NCBI RefSeq assembly: GCF_018977255.1
Contig: NW_024704742.1
Coordinates: 75,394,001-75,458,000, forward strand
DNA length: 64,000 nucleotides
DNA from: Callorhinchus milii
Taxonomy: Eukaryota
Reading direction: 5' to 3'
Position numbers and translations under genes: made by a program. The notes below the pieces were generated by a model. That model did no database searches. It was not told where the DNA came from and worked only from the letters and a program-made list of their open reading frames with translations. Numbering within the stretch: position 1 is the stretch's first letter; every line of letters begins with the position of its first letter. Shown here one piece after another: positions 1-12,329 of this stretch.

Positions 1-707
1 GTCGAACAAGATCCCAAGGTTCCGGTTTGCAAGCTTGAGTATGCAACCATACTCAAGCATACGCTGTCAGCTCCTGAGGTGAGGAGGCGCTGACGGGGGC
101 CAATCAGGAGAGCCTCGGTCTTGTTGACATTCAATTGAAGAAAGTTGGCTCTCATCCAGGACTTGATGTTTGACAGACATTCTGTCAGGACAGCAGTGGT
201 CCTGGAGTCAAGGGTGAAGGCAGAGAGATAGAGGTTGACCCCATGTCTGCGGATGATGTCACCAAGAGGGAGCATATAGATGTTGAAGAGGATGGGACCA
301 AGGACAGAGCCCTGAGGAACGCCGCCCAAGATGGTTTGTGGGCTAGAGGAGAAGCCATTGGAGGAGATGAAGTGCAGGCGGTGTGAGAGTTACGATCTGA
401 ACCAATCAAGCCATGGAGGTTGAGGTGAGAGGAGAGGCAGTGGATGACGATAGAGTGGTCGACGGTGTCGAAAGCAGCAGAGAGGTCAAGGAGGACGAGG
501 AGGCAGAGAGAGCCCTGGTCGCAGACGGACAGAAAGTCATTTGTCACTTAGACCAGAGCAGTTTCTCTGCTGTGGTCGACACGGAAACCCGATTGGAGGG
601 GTTTGAGAAGGGCGTGGCAGGAGAGGAAGGAGCGAAGCTGAAAAGCAACAACTCGTTCTAGGACCTTGGAGAGGAAGGGGAGGTTGGAGATGGGGAGGTT
701 GGAGATA
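1..707 (-). mobile_element. L2-clade LINE ORF2 (RT) fragment
   Basis: Frameshifted motifs NLPFLSKVLERVV, LQSGFR..HSRETALV, LVLLDLSAAFDTVDH. Confidence 0.88.
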
Positions 708-793
708 GCTCTTTTCAAAGAGCCGGCACAGAATCGATAGGCCGAATGGCCTCCTTCTGTGCTGTATAACTCTACGACTTTATGATTCTGTGA
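708..793 (+). mobile_element. CR1-type LINE/SINE 3' tail fragment
   Basis: agagccggcacag...ggccgaatggcctccttctgtgctgta followed by a degenerate (atgattct)-type tail. Confidence 0.6.
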
Positions 794-1789
794 AATGCGA
801 TAAATATTGAATCTGTGTGATTGAAATGGCTGAAATTTGATTGCAGTTACTGACTGGTTGCAGCTGCAGAGAACTGAAAGACACAAGGGAAAAATTCTAG
901 GTCAGCACTAGGTGGAGTCTGGAAACCCCAAATACCATTTCGCCATTTGCGTTTAATCTTTGACTAACTGCAAATTATGTACAGCTGCCAAGACTATAAT
1001 TTAGAAGCCATGTAAGAAGAGGGTGTTTCATATGAATTCTGTCCTTGGATAGTGTGGAAACTGCAAAGAGAAACTTAGCACAGATGTCATGTACACAATC
1101 CTACTCACTAGAATATAGTGTTTGATAGTGTATGAAACTGACCACACAATATGAGTGCTGCTTGATACAGGAAACATGTCATGTTAGTATTTTTTGGAAT
1201 TTTTGGTTGTTTAAATATTAAAATTATAAAGAAGTGGATAACACAACAATGAGTCACAAGAACAGAGGTAATAATGATGATTCATGATATCGCTGTGCTG
1301 ATGATGAGCAAGTCTTGTCCTCCTGCTATGATGCTGTTGCAGAACATTGTGCTTGAAACTGAGGCTGGTTGGGTGATGTTCACTTCCTTTGAAGTGTTAG
1401 AATGTGGGTTGAAGGGATTGATTTGGGATACTTTTCTATTCGTACTATTAGATTTTTCTTTCAAAGTTTAACTTTATTTCATGTATTTCATATTTCAGTA
1501 GCTCAGCCAGTTAAGAACTCAGGTTAGAATTTGCCAAGAAAGAACTGGAAAGAGATCCAGGGGGTGTTAGTTGACTCATCACTCGCCTCATAAAAACAGC
1601 TTGAGGCAACAAAAACAAGGCAAACAGGCTGTTGGGCTTTAATGCTAAATATAAAGGTCAGATCCCTTTGAAGTCCTACTCAAGCTATATAATGCTCTGG
1701 TCAGCCTCTATCTTGAATACTGAATAGAGTTCTGGTCATCCAGATTGAAGGGGCTACCCAAACCCGCACGCGGAGCAATCGGGAATCAT

Positions 1790-2097
1790 GGAGTCCTATA
1801 GCTCAGTGGTTAGAGCGCTCGCTTTGCAAGCGAGAGACCCGAGTTCAGTTCCAGGCAGGGCGAAACCTTGGGCAAGTTTCCTTACTCCACACGCCTAATA
1901 ATAATCCCTCCAAAACAATAATAAAAATTGGTCATTTTCAATCTACGACTGTTTGTGGGACATTGCTGTGCGCAATTGGCTGCCGCGTTCGCCCACAAAT
2001 ATAGTCAATTCACTTTACAGTATATTCTGTGAAGCGCTTTGAGATGTCTAGAAGACGTGAAAAGCGCTATATCAAATGCAAGGATTATTATTATTAT
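1790..2097 (+). mobile_element. tRNA(Ala-like)-derived SINE, short form, full length
   Basis: A box TAGCTCAGTGG, TTTGCAA loop, B box GTTCAGTTCC, L2-like tail, (TTA)n end; near-identical copies at 10555 and 58008. Confidence 0.9.
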
Positions 2098-2197
2098 CAT
2101 CTCCAGTGTTAGAGAAATGAACCATGAGCAATGAGAAGACAAGCTAGGACTCTTCAGTCTTAAAAAAAGACATCTCAGCGGGACCTCATAGAGCTGT

Positions 2198-2715
2198 ACA
2201 ACAACAAATTACATTTGTTTAGCACCTTTCACGTCAGGAGGACATCCCAAGGCGCTGGCCAGTCAGGGATCCGCACCCGAGCTGGTGGTTGGGATCAGGA
2301 GGGATGGAGGGCGGGGAAAATAGGTGTAGGAGGGCGACCAAAGACACAGCCAAAGAGGAGGATCTTGAGTTGGGTCTTGAAGGAAGCAAGGGAGGGGGTG
2401 AGATGGAGGGACTGTGGGAAAGGGACTCTGGGATGGAGTTTCAGAGGATGGGGGCAGAGAGGTTGAAGGCCCACTCACCAATGGTGGGGCTGGCGAGGCG
2501 GGGGACCTGAAGCAGGCCAGAGCCCGCTGAGCGGACTGGAACAGAAAGGACTGGTGTGATGGGGGTTCGGAGTTTTGTGTGGGTTATTATTCGCGTGGCA
2601 GAGTTCTGAATTAGCTGTATTTTTTGCATGGTGGAACTGGGGAGACCAGCGAAGAGGGCATTGGAATAGTCCAGCCCGGAAGTAACAAAGGCCTCCTGTG
2701 GAGCTTGGATCCAGA
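2198..2715 (-). mobile_element. L2 LINE 3' end
   Basis: FVTSGLDYSNAL..LP..QLIQNSA; stem-loop tail plus (TTG)n. Confidence 0.85.
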
Positions 2716-2920
2716 ACCTTCTGACCAATAGGCTTGAATGCTACCAACTGAGGCAGTCTGACAAATAGCTCAATATACAAGTTAAAATCAGGAAGTTAGG
2801 TCAGGACACTGGACTCATTTAAAAAGCAACTTGATGCTGTGATGGGGGGACGGTAGGGTGAGTATTCTGAAAGGATGAGTTCAAATAGGCCAAAGGGCCT
2901 TCTTTATCCAGACCAATCTT

Positions 2921-3282
2921 AATAATAATCCTTGCATTTGATATAGGGTTTTCACATCTTCAAGACATCACAAAGCGCTTCACAGAACATACTGTGAGGG
3001 ATTTGACTGTACACTTTGTGGGCAAAACGCAGCAGCCAATTGCGAACAGCAATGTCCCACAAACCATAATGGATTGAGTGACCAAATTATTTTTTTTAAA
3101 AAGGAATTATTACCCCTCGAAAAGCGATCCGCCAATCAACTAACAACCAGGTTCCTAGTTACTGCTAGGTAAACAGAGGCGTGTAGAGTAAGGAAACTTG
3201 ACCAACATTTCACCGTGCTGGGAATAAAACCCAGGTCTCTCGCTTGCAAGGCTAGTGCTCTAACCACTGAGCTGCAGGTCTC
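2921..3282 (-). mobile_element. tRNA-derived SINE, long form
   Basis: Same head and tail as the 1790 copy, plus a central gcctctgtttacctagcagtaa.taggaacc segment. Confidence 0.85.
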
Positions 3283-3959
3283 TTGTAATCTTGGGACGGC
3301 ACACTAGGCAATAGATAGTCTGTAGTGAAGAGAAATACATGTAGAATAGAGAAATCCATTGTTGTCATTAATATTAAATAGTTCAAGTAGTAATATTTCT
3401 GGAGAGATTAGTAGATTTTCATCAAAAAGTATGGATGTGTTGGGTCCAATAGCCTTTTCCTTTTAAAACAAATATAAATACTTTCTCTTCAAGTGTATTG
3501 GTGCAATGCTGGTATGAAGGATTGTAAAATATGTCATTAAGGACAAGGAAAATATTTTATGATCAAAATACCAGTCCTCTTTCCAGTAGAAAAATCAAAA
3601 GTACTTTTTACCTCCAGTGAAGCTTGCTTTCCTATATTACTTAGGATCTGCCTTTGCCATTTCTTGGGTCAGCAGTTATGTTAATGATTCTTTGGATGAA
3701 CCATTCCTTGGATGAGCACGGTTACATCCCAGAATGGTGCCACAGTTTAACAGACAGAACTATCCCTGGCCAATTAGAAGCCTGCCAAAAATGAAAATTG
3801 CAGTAACTAGTGCATTGTGAGATGAACAAAGAAATGTATCCTAACTGGTAATATCAAGATCGAGGAGTAAAAGAGAAAGGTCTTTTAAAGATGGCAGTAG
3901 ACAATTATACAAATGTTTCTGTAGAGGCATTAAATATACAAGTTATTGTTAAATATGTG

Positions 3960-4480
3960 CAGGCATGGTTAGGCTGCAGTTGGAGCATTGCACCCAGTTG
4001 TAGGCACCTAATTACAGAAAAGGCATCGCAACCATAGAGAGGGAACAGGTCAAGATTCATTAGGATTACACTGGGTTGAAAGACCATAGTTATATGGAGA
4101 GATTTGAAAAATCAAATTGGACCAGTTTTCACTGGAACAAAGAAAGTTAAGGGGCATTTAATTTGAGATTTTCAAAATTATGAATGGTTTTATAAGGTTT
4201 ATAAAAATTCCACTTGACTGCAAGCCTGTAATAAAACATCAAGGTGAGAATTATCACCATCAGAAAATAAATAAATAACAAATAATCCTTGCATTTGATA
4301 ATTGATATAATTATCATCATCAGAAAAAGGGGAGGTAAGAAGATATTTTAAGTAGAGGGCTGTTGGAATGTGGAATATTTAAAGTAAATGGCTGCTGAAG
4401 TTGGGTCTATAACATTTAATTTAAGGAAAATATTAAAGATTATGGGGAATTAACGGGGAAATTCGATTAAAATAGATAGC
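3960..4480 (+). mobile_element. degenerate CR1 3' fragment
   Basis: Decayed LV.LQLEHC.Q, E.VQ.RFIR, FSLEQRKLRGHLI motifs. Confidence 0.55.
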
Positions 4481-4631
4481 AACAGTTATATTATAGAATA
4501 GTGAAATTTAAACCAGTTACCTCCTTTATGCTGTAAATGTACAAATTGTTTTCATACAACACACATGACTTACAGAATTTACAATCTAAATTTTAGAAAT
4601 GTTATATATGAATTATAAACTAAGATTTCCA

Positions 4632-4983
4632 TTTATTTCAGAAACATAATGAAACATGTCATCGTGTGATCAGCAGTAATCCATGGATGAATTTGGGATA
4701 ATTATACACCATGATATTGCAAGGTTTATTGCTTCTGTTCTGCAGTTACAAAATTGCATTACTCTCAATAGTAAACGGATGGAGGCAACAAAATACTTAG
4801 ATGCATTTGAACTTGTGATTTGACAAGCTTTTATTTACAATATGTTGTAACTGTACATGTTGCAGCATAGGAAGCATCAGTTAAAAGATATTTAGTGGAA
4901 AGGTACCATGTAACCTCCTGTTCACTTTGTAAACATTTCCTGAACACAGATAAACCAAATTCAGTTAGTTTATTGTATATACA
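4632..4983 (-). terminator. cluster of candidate poly(A) signals with Pumilio elements; probable distal end of the HOOK3 3' UTR
   Basis: Minus-strand AATAAA at 4969-4974, 4830-4835, 4725-4730 and 4632-4637; TGTATATA at 4976-4983 and TGTAAATA at 4832-4839. TE-dense sequence resumes below about 4480. Confidence 0.5.
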
Positions 4984-6144
4984 TATTTTATATAAGCAGC
5001 ATGTAAATTGCCAGTTACATTATAGAATCAAAGCAGAGAAAAGGGTGACAAATGCAAGTAATGAATCCTCTAAATGTAACACAATGATCTGCATCTAAAT
5101 ACAAAAGATAAATAAATACATACATTAATACAATGTTAATGTGCAACAGGCTAGAGGTTTGCACCAGGTGGCTTCTCCTCCCATTTACAGAACCGGATAA
5201 CCTAACCTTCAAAAGGTAGTCAAAGCAGGCCATTAATACTTTATCAAGACTAAAGTAAACAGGAATATGCTACAATTATAGCAAATAAGGGGAAAGAAAA
5301 AGAACCATGTAAGAGCGAGTGAAAGCAAAGCCATAGTTAGAAAACAAATGCTAAAAATGATCACAATGCAAGAAACATTTGTAGCATAGAAATTAGAATT
5401 ATTGGCATTTAGGTACAAGACCTGAGATTGCTGCTATAAGTAAGAAAGCATCGTCAGTTCACAGATCTAAATGAATTGTTAAGATATTTATGGAAATATG
5501 AAGACATACAAAATCTGTAACAGATGGACAGCTGCGAGTGGCACAAGATGGCATCTTCTTAATACATTTAAAGCTTTCAATTACCCTTTGTGCTTATCAA
5601 GGTGGGGTATATCAGTTTGGTCAAAGTCTTACATTTGACACTAAGTCTTTCTATCAAGGACCTCCTGATAAGGTACAGTATGTCAGTGGGAAGTGAAAGG
5701 TCCTTCTAATCTGCACCAACAAAGTGCCCAACCTTAAAAGAGCACCTACTACTGGACCATTTTTGCTCTGATCAAATTGCCAATTTGGTGCCAAATAGTG
5801 GGCAGTTCTGTGCTTTAGACTCAGCCTACTGGTTTGAGCATGTTAAATTCCTTTAGTTTGGATCTGAACAGCCAGCAGAGAAAGAACACTTAATTGTATC
5901 AGTCTGTTTTGGGGTGCGAATAGAGGTCCAAGGAGAAAGGGCAGTATGCTAAACAAATTGTGCCACCCAATCTCTGACTAGTCCAAAGCTACTGAGTAAA
6001 TGGATCATTTAAAACCAACAGATCGGTTGTATTTGCATGTTAGATAACTGAAACGGCAGTGGGTATGGTTAGTTCCCTGGATTATGCGTCTGAACTCAAA
6101 AGTCATGCAAACGAACAATCATTGCCGGTAAGCCATGCTGGGGG

Positions 6145-6160
6145 TCATGCAATCACGTCA
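6145..6160 (-). CDS. HOOK3: HOOK3 alternative distal terminal exon, coding part: (S)DVIA*
   Basis: Acceptor ttctttctcttaatatgttttgttcttcatttgcag|T GAC GTG ATT GCA TGA; phase-compatible with the donor GCA AG|gtagaa at 10187/10186. Confidence 0.75.
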
Positions 6161-9100
6161 CTGCAAATGAAGAACAAAACATATTAAGAGAAAGAATACT
6201 GGCTAATGTATTAACACTTGAACTTCTGTAACATATACATTAAATGTGTTAATAGTTAGTGTAACCAAGTTAAGCAAGTATTGTATCAGGCTTACTTAGT
6301 TACTATGATAATGGTCATGTTATTGGTTACAACACAAAAGGGAAAAATTAAAATGCATATGCATTTTTAAATATAATCTCATATTCTTTGGCCTTAAAAT
6401 TGTGCCTAAATAATAACTAATACTGGTTCAAACACGATTAGAAAAATGAATAAGAGAGGATAAGCAAACAATCTTTTTCAGATGCAATGATCGACATTTA
6501 ATTATTTGCTATAACTGAATTATTAATAATGAAAATCAGAGTAATGATACTGAGCTACAGTCCAGTTCTATGACAACAGCAGCTTCTATTAGCTTTATAA
6601 AGTGCAAATGAAAATCAGGATGGCTTTGCTTGAATGACTAACCATTTGAAGATAATTAAGGGCACCACATAATGCCATTTAAAACTAATCAGTTTTTTCT
6701 TAACACAAATGTTAATGGTCAATTGTCACATTCATAGTTTCTGCTAGCATAGCTATTATGCAGCAAGTGCTGGAAGCTCATAGATAAGATTGTAGAAAGA
6801 ATAACATTGGAAATTACAATTTGTTGAGTATATTGTAAATTAAAAATAACCAATTTAACATAAGACTTGAATAAACTATCTTCAGATGGTTCCCTAGACA
6901 AAAAAAAGCAGTTTTTTTAAAATAAATTTGTCTTCATCATGTGTTCCACATCTTACCCGACAGCTTAAAAACAAAAGAAAATCTACTTTCCGTTACTCTT
7001 GGAGTTTAATATTACTCTAAAGAATACTTTTTTTAGTCTGAGGATGGAAATCCAAAGATATTGACGCAAAATATATTTAATCTAAATCAACATAAAAACT
7101 AATTTTGTCACGTTAACAAACTACTCTGCAATCAGCAGGTATACAGTTTAAGTAGAATTATCCTTTTGAGATCTTATAACCAAGGCCTCTGAGGCTCATA
7201 CTGCTCAATTCATTTTTGTAAACTGCCGGCAATGTAATAAAGGTATTTTAAATGATTTTCGTTATATTATGTTCCCAATTTATTATAATTTATTTCAGAT
7301 GGTTTTGATAGAAGCACAATAGATGTACACTTCTAATTCGTAAATTATCCAATATCCATTTCCTATTGCCTTGTTTTACAAAGTCCTGAGACAATAAAGC
7401 CCACATAAGAAAATGAGGTATTTTCTAATTTACATTCTCATACAGGTCAGGTAATAACTTGTGAATTTAAGTTCCTTTAATCATCAAGTCTGTGATAATA
7501 TTTTTTTAGCAATTTTTTTTTCTAAATATAGAAATTTTCCATTTGCTTTAAATTTCCATGATTTAAGGTCATATGCAGCAGACTTACTCCAAACAAGTAT
7601 TACTATAAATTACTGAAATTTACAAATCATCAGTTTTAAGATCAATTTATCATTAAACATTTACTCAAGATAGAAGATTCTCAATTGTCTGCATAGTTTC
7701 TGCTACAAGAATCTCATTTATTGAAGCCACTGAAATCAGAAGTCAGACAGTGTTTTTGCTAGAGCGAGTAGGTTTTTCAATTTTTTTTTGCCATATTTCT
7801 ATATTCTAGAACGTATAGGAATTGGGGAAAGTAAAAGTATTTATTCTAATGTGTAATAAACGTTTCTAAAAGATTAGCAGGTCAATTTGAATCACTTCCA
7901 GTAAATTGCACTACTGTATTTGTAAAACTGATTACAATTTTCCCTGAAAACACACACTGAACTTATCACCATTCAAAAACTCATTTAGGCCCTTGAGTAC
8001 TGAAATATTCTTAAAAATAAGTTTTATACATCGTCAGAAGAATGTTCTTTACATTTCTCACAACGGAAAAGTTATATAAGACAAATTCAAGAAATAGATA
8101 GAACCATAAGAAAAAGCTTCATATGGCTTTTGAAATTAACTGAATTTTTCTGTTTGCAACTGTGTTGGTGCAAAATTGCTGCCACTGTCAAAAGGTCTAC
8201 AATGACAAAAAGTACATTTATCACTACTAATATTAATCTTTGCATTTGATATAGCGGCTTTTGTGTCACGAGGGCGTCTCAAAGTACTTCATGGCATAGG
8301 CTGTAAAGTGGAGTAACCATATTCTATAATAAGGTTATTACTACGTAGCCAATTTGCAAATTTAAGATCAGATGCATTTTAGGTCAAATGCTATGTAGTA
8401 CAAGATGGCTTTGAAACACAAATTACCATTAAAAAAGTTCTTCACTGACTTAGTTATTCCAATTTAATTTCCTCCTCAAACTTTTTAAAAACAAGAAGTC
8501 TAAAAACTGTTGATAATACAAGAGAAATTAAAGACACTGGAAGTTTAATTTTTCAATATATAATTCAACTTATCATCAGGGGACCTCCCAAGTGTTAAGG
8601 TCTGAAGTGAGCAACACAAGTTACTCCAAAACTATCCCATAACATTTATACCACAAATGTGCTATAAATTATTAGTATATTTTATTGGACAAAGTTGAAA
8701 ATGATTTCTCAACATGCAATCACTTTTAACAGAATTGTTTAATTGAGGAATCTGAGAAGTAAGTCAGGCAAATTGGTGAGAACTCAAGTCTGAGGTGATC
8801 TTTGTAGTAAAGTTCCTGCAAGTCAGCATGATCTATTTTCTCTAACCGTTCCTCAATTGGATTCCTTAATTAAGGGTCCTGTTTGTAGCATTGAGATCTA
8901 AAACACAGAGTCCTAATCATAATTTGCTTTTGTTGTGAGGAGTCTGCAGCCACAGCTGCTACAGGCACAAAAGTGACAAGAAAAAGACTCCCAGATCAAT
9001 ATACATTCTCACCATTTATCCTATAGTTTCAGCCAATTGTTCTCTCATAGAACAGCCACTGGTTGCTGGAAAATGTGTAGTGAAGCTGATTGAAATCTTG

Positions 9101-10182
9101 CAGTGTTTGAATGTTAGTCAACAGAATAAAGACTTTTAATATTGCCACAACGTTAGTTTGGGTGGTATAGTGGAACATAGTGGATCACTTGCTAAGAAAG
9201 ACAAAGTTGATAACAAGGGGTAAATACAGCTCCCTCCCCAAGCCCATTTCAGCTCTGTGAGACAGTACAAAATAAATTGAAAAGGAAATCACATGTTCAA
9301 CTAATGAGCACCAGTAACTGCTTCTACTTTGCAAATGTTCTTAACTGAAGGCAAATTAGTCAATTAGATTGCACATGTATTTGGCGAATATTTGTGTTCA
9401 TTAATGCAAAGGATGTCAAATGGTGAGGAGTGGAATACCTTTCTACTTTTGGCACTCAGTGACAACACCAATAACACCCAGATATACTTAAAAAGAGAAC
9501 TGGAGAAATACTTGAGGAAAAATAAGTGTTAATAGGGAAAGTGCAGGCATATGCGGTTAAAGCAGTTAGCTCTGTGGAGGAGCCAGCACCAGCAAAGTCA
9601 CGATGAGCCAAATGGCTGTAAACATTTGTGATTCTATAATAAACCTCCAGCTATTCAGCCCAGTCAATGTCCTCAAACTTTTCCATTTCCCACTCCAGCT
9701 TTCTTTATGATCTTCCTGAGTGAGATTGCCAGTGTAGTGCCAAATTCTAGACTGGCCTGAGCACAAAGAATTGGCTGAGTCAGCTCAAAATTTAAGAGAA
9801 ATCTAATGTTAAAAGCATATCCATATTTTCCAAATACTGTGCATCAGAGGAAGAATTTTTAATTATCAGCAACAATTAAAAGGATTAAATTCAGGTCTGT
9901 GGCAATTTTAGGGCTGAAAACTGAATAAAAAAGTAGCCCTCTCCTTGAATTATGGAAAAGATGGAAAGTGGAACAGTTATTTCCACAGTTGTTGATATAC
10001 TGCACTTGTGGCATCAAACTTCATACGTGGCCTTAGCAATACATTCAATACGAACATTAGCACAAAGGTTTTTTTTAAAAAATGAATTTCAAAAAAAGGA
10101 ACTTGATATTTTCCAAGTGGTTGAAGATGGGCAATTACACTATATACTACACAATGTGTGCTCTGGCCGTGGACTGTTTCTT

Positions 10183-10323
10183 CTACCTTGCTGTAGCTGG
10201 TTGGACATGCCCAGGGTATGGTCGCCGTGTGCTTGTTGCTTGTCTCTGTCTCGCTAGGAAAGATTGTCCTGAACCAGTACTAGCAAGTCTGTCTTCTGCT
10301 GCTTTCTTATGAAGAGCCATTCC
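10183..10323 (-). CDS. HOOK3: HOOK3 exon 22, coding part: GMALHKKAAEDRLASTGSGQSFLARQRQATSTRRPYPGHVQPATAR*
   Basis: tctag|GGA...GCA AGG TAG; conserved SFLARQRQAT motif. Confidence 0.97.
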   Translation of the reverse strand, partial: GMALHKKAAEDRLASTGSGQSFLARQRQATSTRRPYPGHVQPATAR

Positions 10324-10554
10324 CTAGAGTAAATTCAGAATTTGAATTTAGTACACTTAAGAAACACTTATGCTTGTTTTAGTGTTAGTACTATATAAAA
10401 AGTAACTGTTTAGCAATTCCAATGAAAATGCAAGTGAATATGAAATCTGTAAGCTGCAAGGAAATGTGAAGCTATGGAAAAAGAGCTAGAAGGCAAACTA
10501 TGGCTTAATTTTGCTAAAAGCTTGCAATGTTATTTGTAGTAATAATATTAATTA

Positions 10555-10863
10555 TAATAATAATCCTTGCATTTGATATAGCGCTTTTCACGTCTTCTAG
10601 ACATCCCAAAGCGCTTCACAGAATATACTTTAAAGTGAATTGACTGTATATTTGTGGGCGAACGCGGCAGCCAATTGCGCACAGCCATGTCCCACAGTCG
10701 TAGATTGTAAATGACCAATTTATCATTATTTTTTGTTTTGGAGGGATTATTATTAGGCGTGTGGAGTAAGGAAACTTGCCCAAGGTTTCGTCCTGTGCCT
10801 GGAATTGAACTCAGGTCTCTCACTTGCAAAGCGAATGCTCTAACCACTGAGCTACAGGACTCC
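10555..10863 (-). mobile_element. tRNA-derived SINE, short form, full length
   Basis: Reverse complement of the 1790 element. Confidence 0.9.
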
Positions 10864-11539
10864 ACAGCCAGTCAGGGTCGGATAATGTAGACTACAGTTT
10901 AGAAGGAAACTAAATGGTTCAGATAAACTTCATTCATCCATTCTGTGTTCTTAAAATCAGTTATACATTTTTACTCAATAGGAAAACCCAGCCAACCAAT
11001 TGATATAAATTTCACTTAAGTATCAAATTTGGAATGTTTAGTTGAAACTGTAAAATAGGATTGCTGCTGTAATTCACCTTCTGACTATTGGCAAACCAGG
11101 GAACTAAAGCAGACTGTTTTATTTAAAAAGAAATGCTTTCAGGTCATGCAATGTGATGCCAAATCAAAATTACAGTACATCAGACGTACCTATATTACTA
11201 AAAAGAATTTAAATGAAAGAGTTTGCATCACTTGCTTCTCCCCCCATTCTTTTTCTCTGTGGGCTTATTCAAGTAAGTTACTGCTTTCATTTTTGCATTT
11301 CCACACCATTTATCTTTGCTCCCAGGCCCTTCTCCACTGCCACAAAATGGCTTAAGATACTATTCCGGTGCGATTCCAGCTAAACATTGGGAGGGCTCAA
11401 AGCTTCACAGAATTGATTGTAATGTGTAACCGTATTTTGTAAGCAAATGAGGCAATTAGTTTATGTACAGCATTTCCCCACATACAGCCAAGAAGTGAAT
11501 GACCAATTTTATTACAGAAGCTGTAAATTGTATTCTTAC

Positions 11540-11611
11540 CATGTTGTACCAGGCACTGACAATCAGTTTCTCCTCATGATCCCTTTGATTCTTTGTCTTC
11601 TCATACTCATT
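11540..11611 (-). CDS. HOOK3: HOOK3 exon 21 (72 nt): NEYEKTKNQRDHEEKLIVSAWYNM
   Basis: tttag|AAT...ATG|gtaaga; Hook-family motif EEKLIVSAWYN. Confidence 0.96.
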
Positions 11612-12329
11612 CTAAAGGTAAATTAATAAAATCAACACATTTGAGTCCAATAGCATTAGTTGTTCGGTGTCTAGTTCAACAAAACAGTAATATAATTCTA
11701 ATCCCTTCAGTGCAGGGAAAGGTAGATCAGTGTTTTGGCTCCAGTGGAGACTTCTTATGACCGTTAACTTCGCTGACTTCCTGGAGAGTGGCAGGGTTGA
11801 TCTGTACTGATGCCTGAACTCCTCTTGCCAAGAAACTCTTAGAAGCCAAACTCTAAGAAAGAATCGCTTGAGATGAGTAGTGAAGGAAAATGAATAGGCA
11901 TATTGTTGAACATGCTGTAATGACAGCTAACACTGAAAGTGGAATCCAAAAAACTTTCTGTGACAAGACTGACAAGGGAATGTACAGGTCTGTATGCTCG
12001 TTCACTGGTGACAACCAGTTTCATGACACACTGCCTGATCACTTGAGCAACCATCTTAAACATCTTGTTTAAGGGTCCAAGCTCCAGAAATAAGGAGGAA
12101 TCCATCTGATGTTTTGGAAACTGCAAATTAATGTGAATAGAAATTGCTGCTTTCTAGCCCTCTGAAGCCTGCTCGACCCAATGCAATCGAGGAAAGTAAA
12201 GTTTAAATTTAGTGACAACTTTATCAGGACTCTGCTGTGCTACTGTTCCCTTGCTCTGAAGCCAATTTTAGCATCTCTATTGCTTCTCCATTTAAGCTTA
12301 TCTAACTCAGCACTCTCCATGGAAGGTTC

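Larger units (their letters stand above)
1550..2915 (+). mobile_element. old CR1 3' fragment split by a SINE and an L2 insertion
   Basis: Degenerate LYNALV.LYLEY..FWS at about 1685-1740, LGLFSLKKR.L.GDLI at about 2140-2190, and a CR1-like end at 2780-2915. Confidence 0.6.

Noticed and set aside
1790..1865. tRNA-Ala(TGC)-like sequence (also at the heads of the other SINE copies)
   Set aside because: It has A/B boxes and an anticodon-like loop but no proper acceptor stem, and it always continues into a SINE body; it is a SINE head, not a tRNA gene.
1..4600. a neighbouring gene (FNTA lies downstream of HOOK3 in human)
   Set aside because: Only TE fragments and AT-rich sequence; no recognisable exon.
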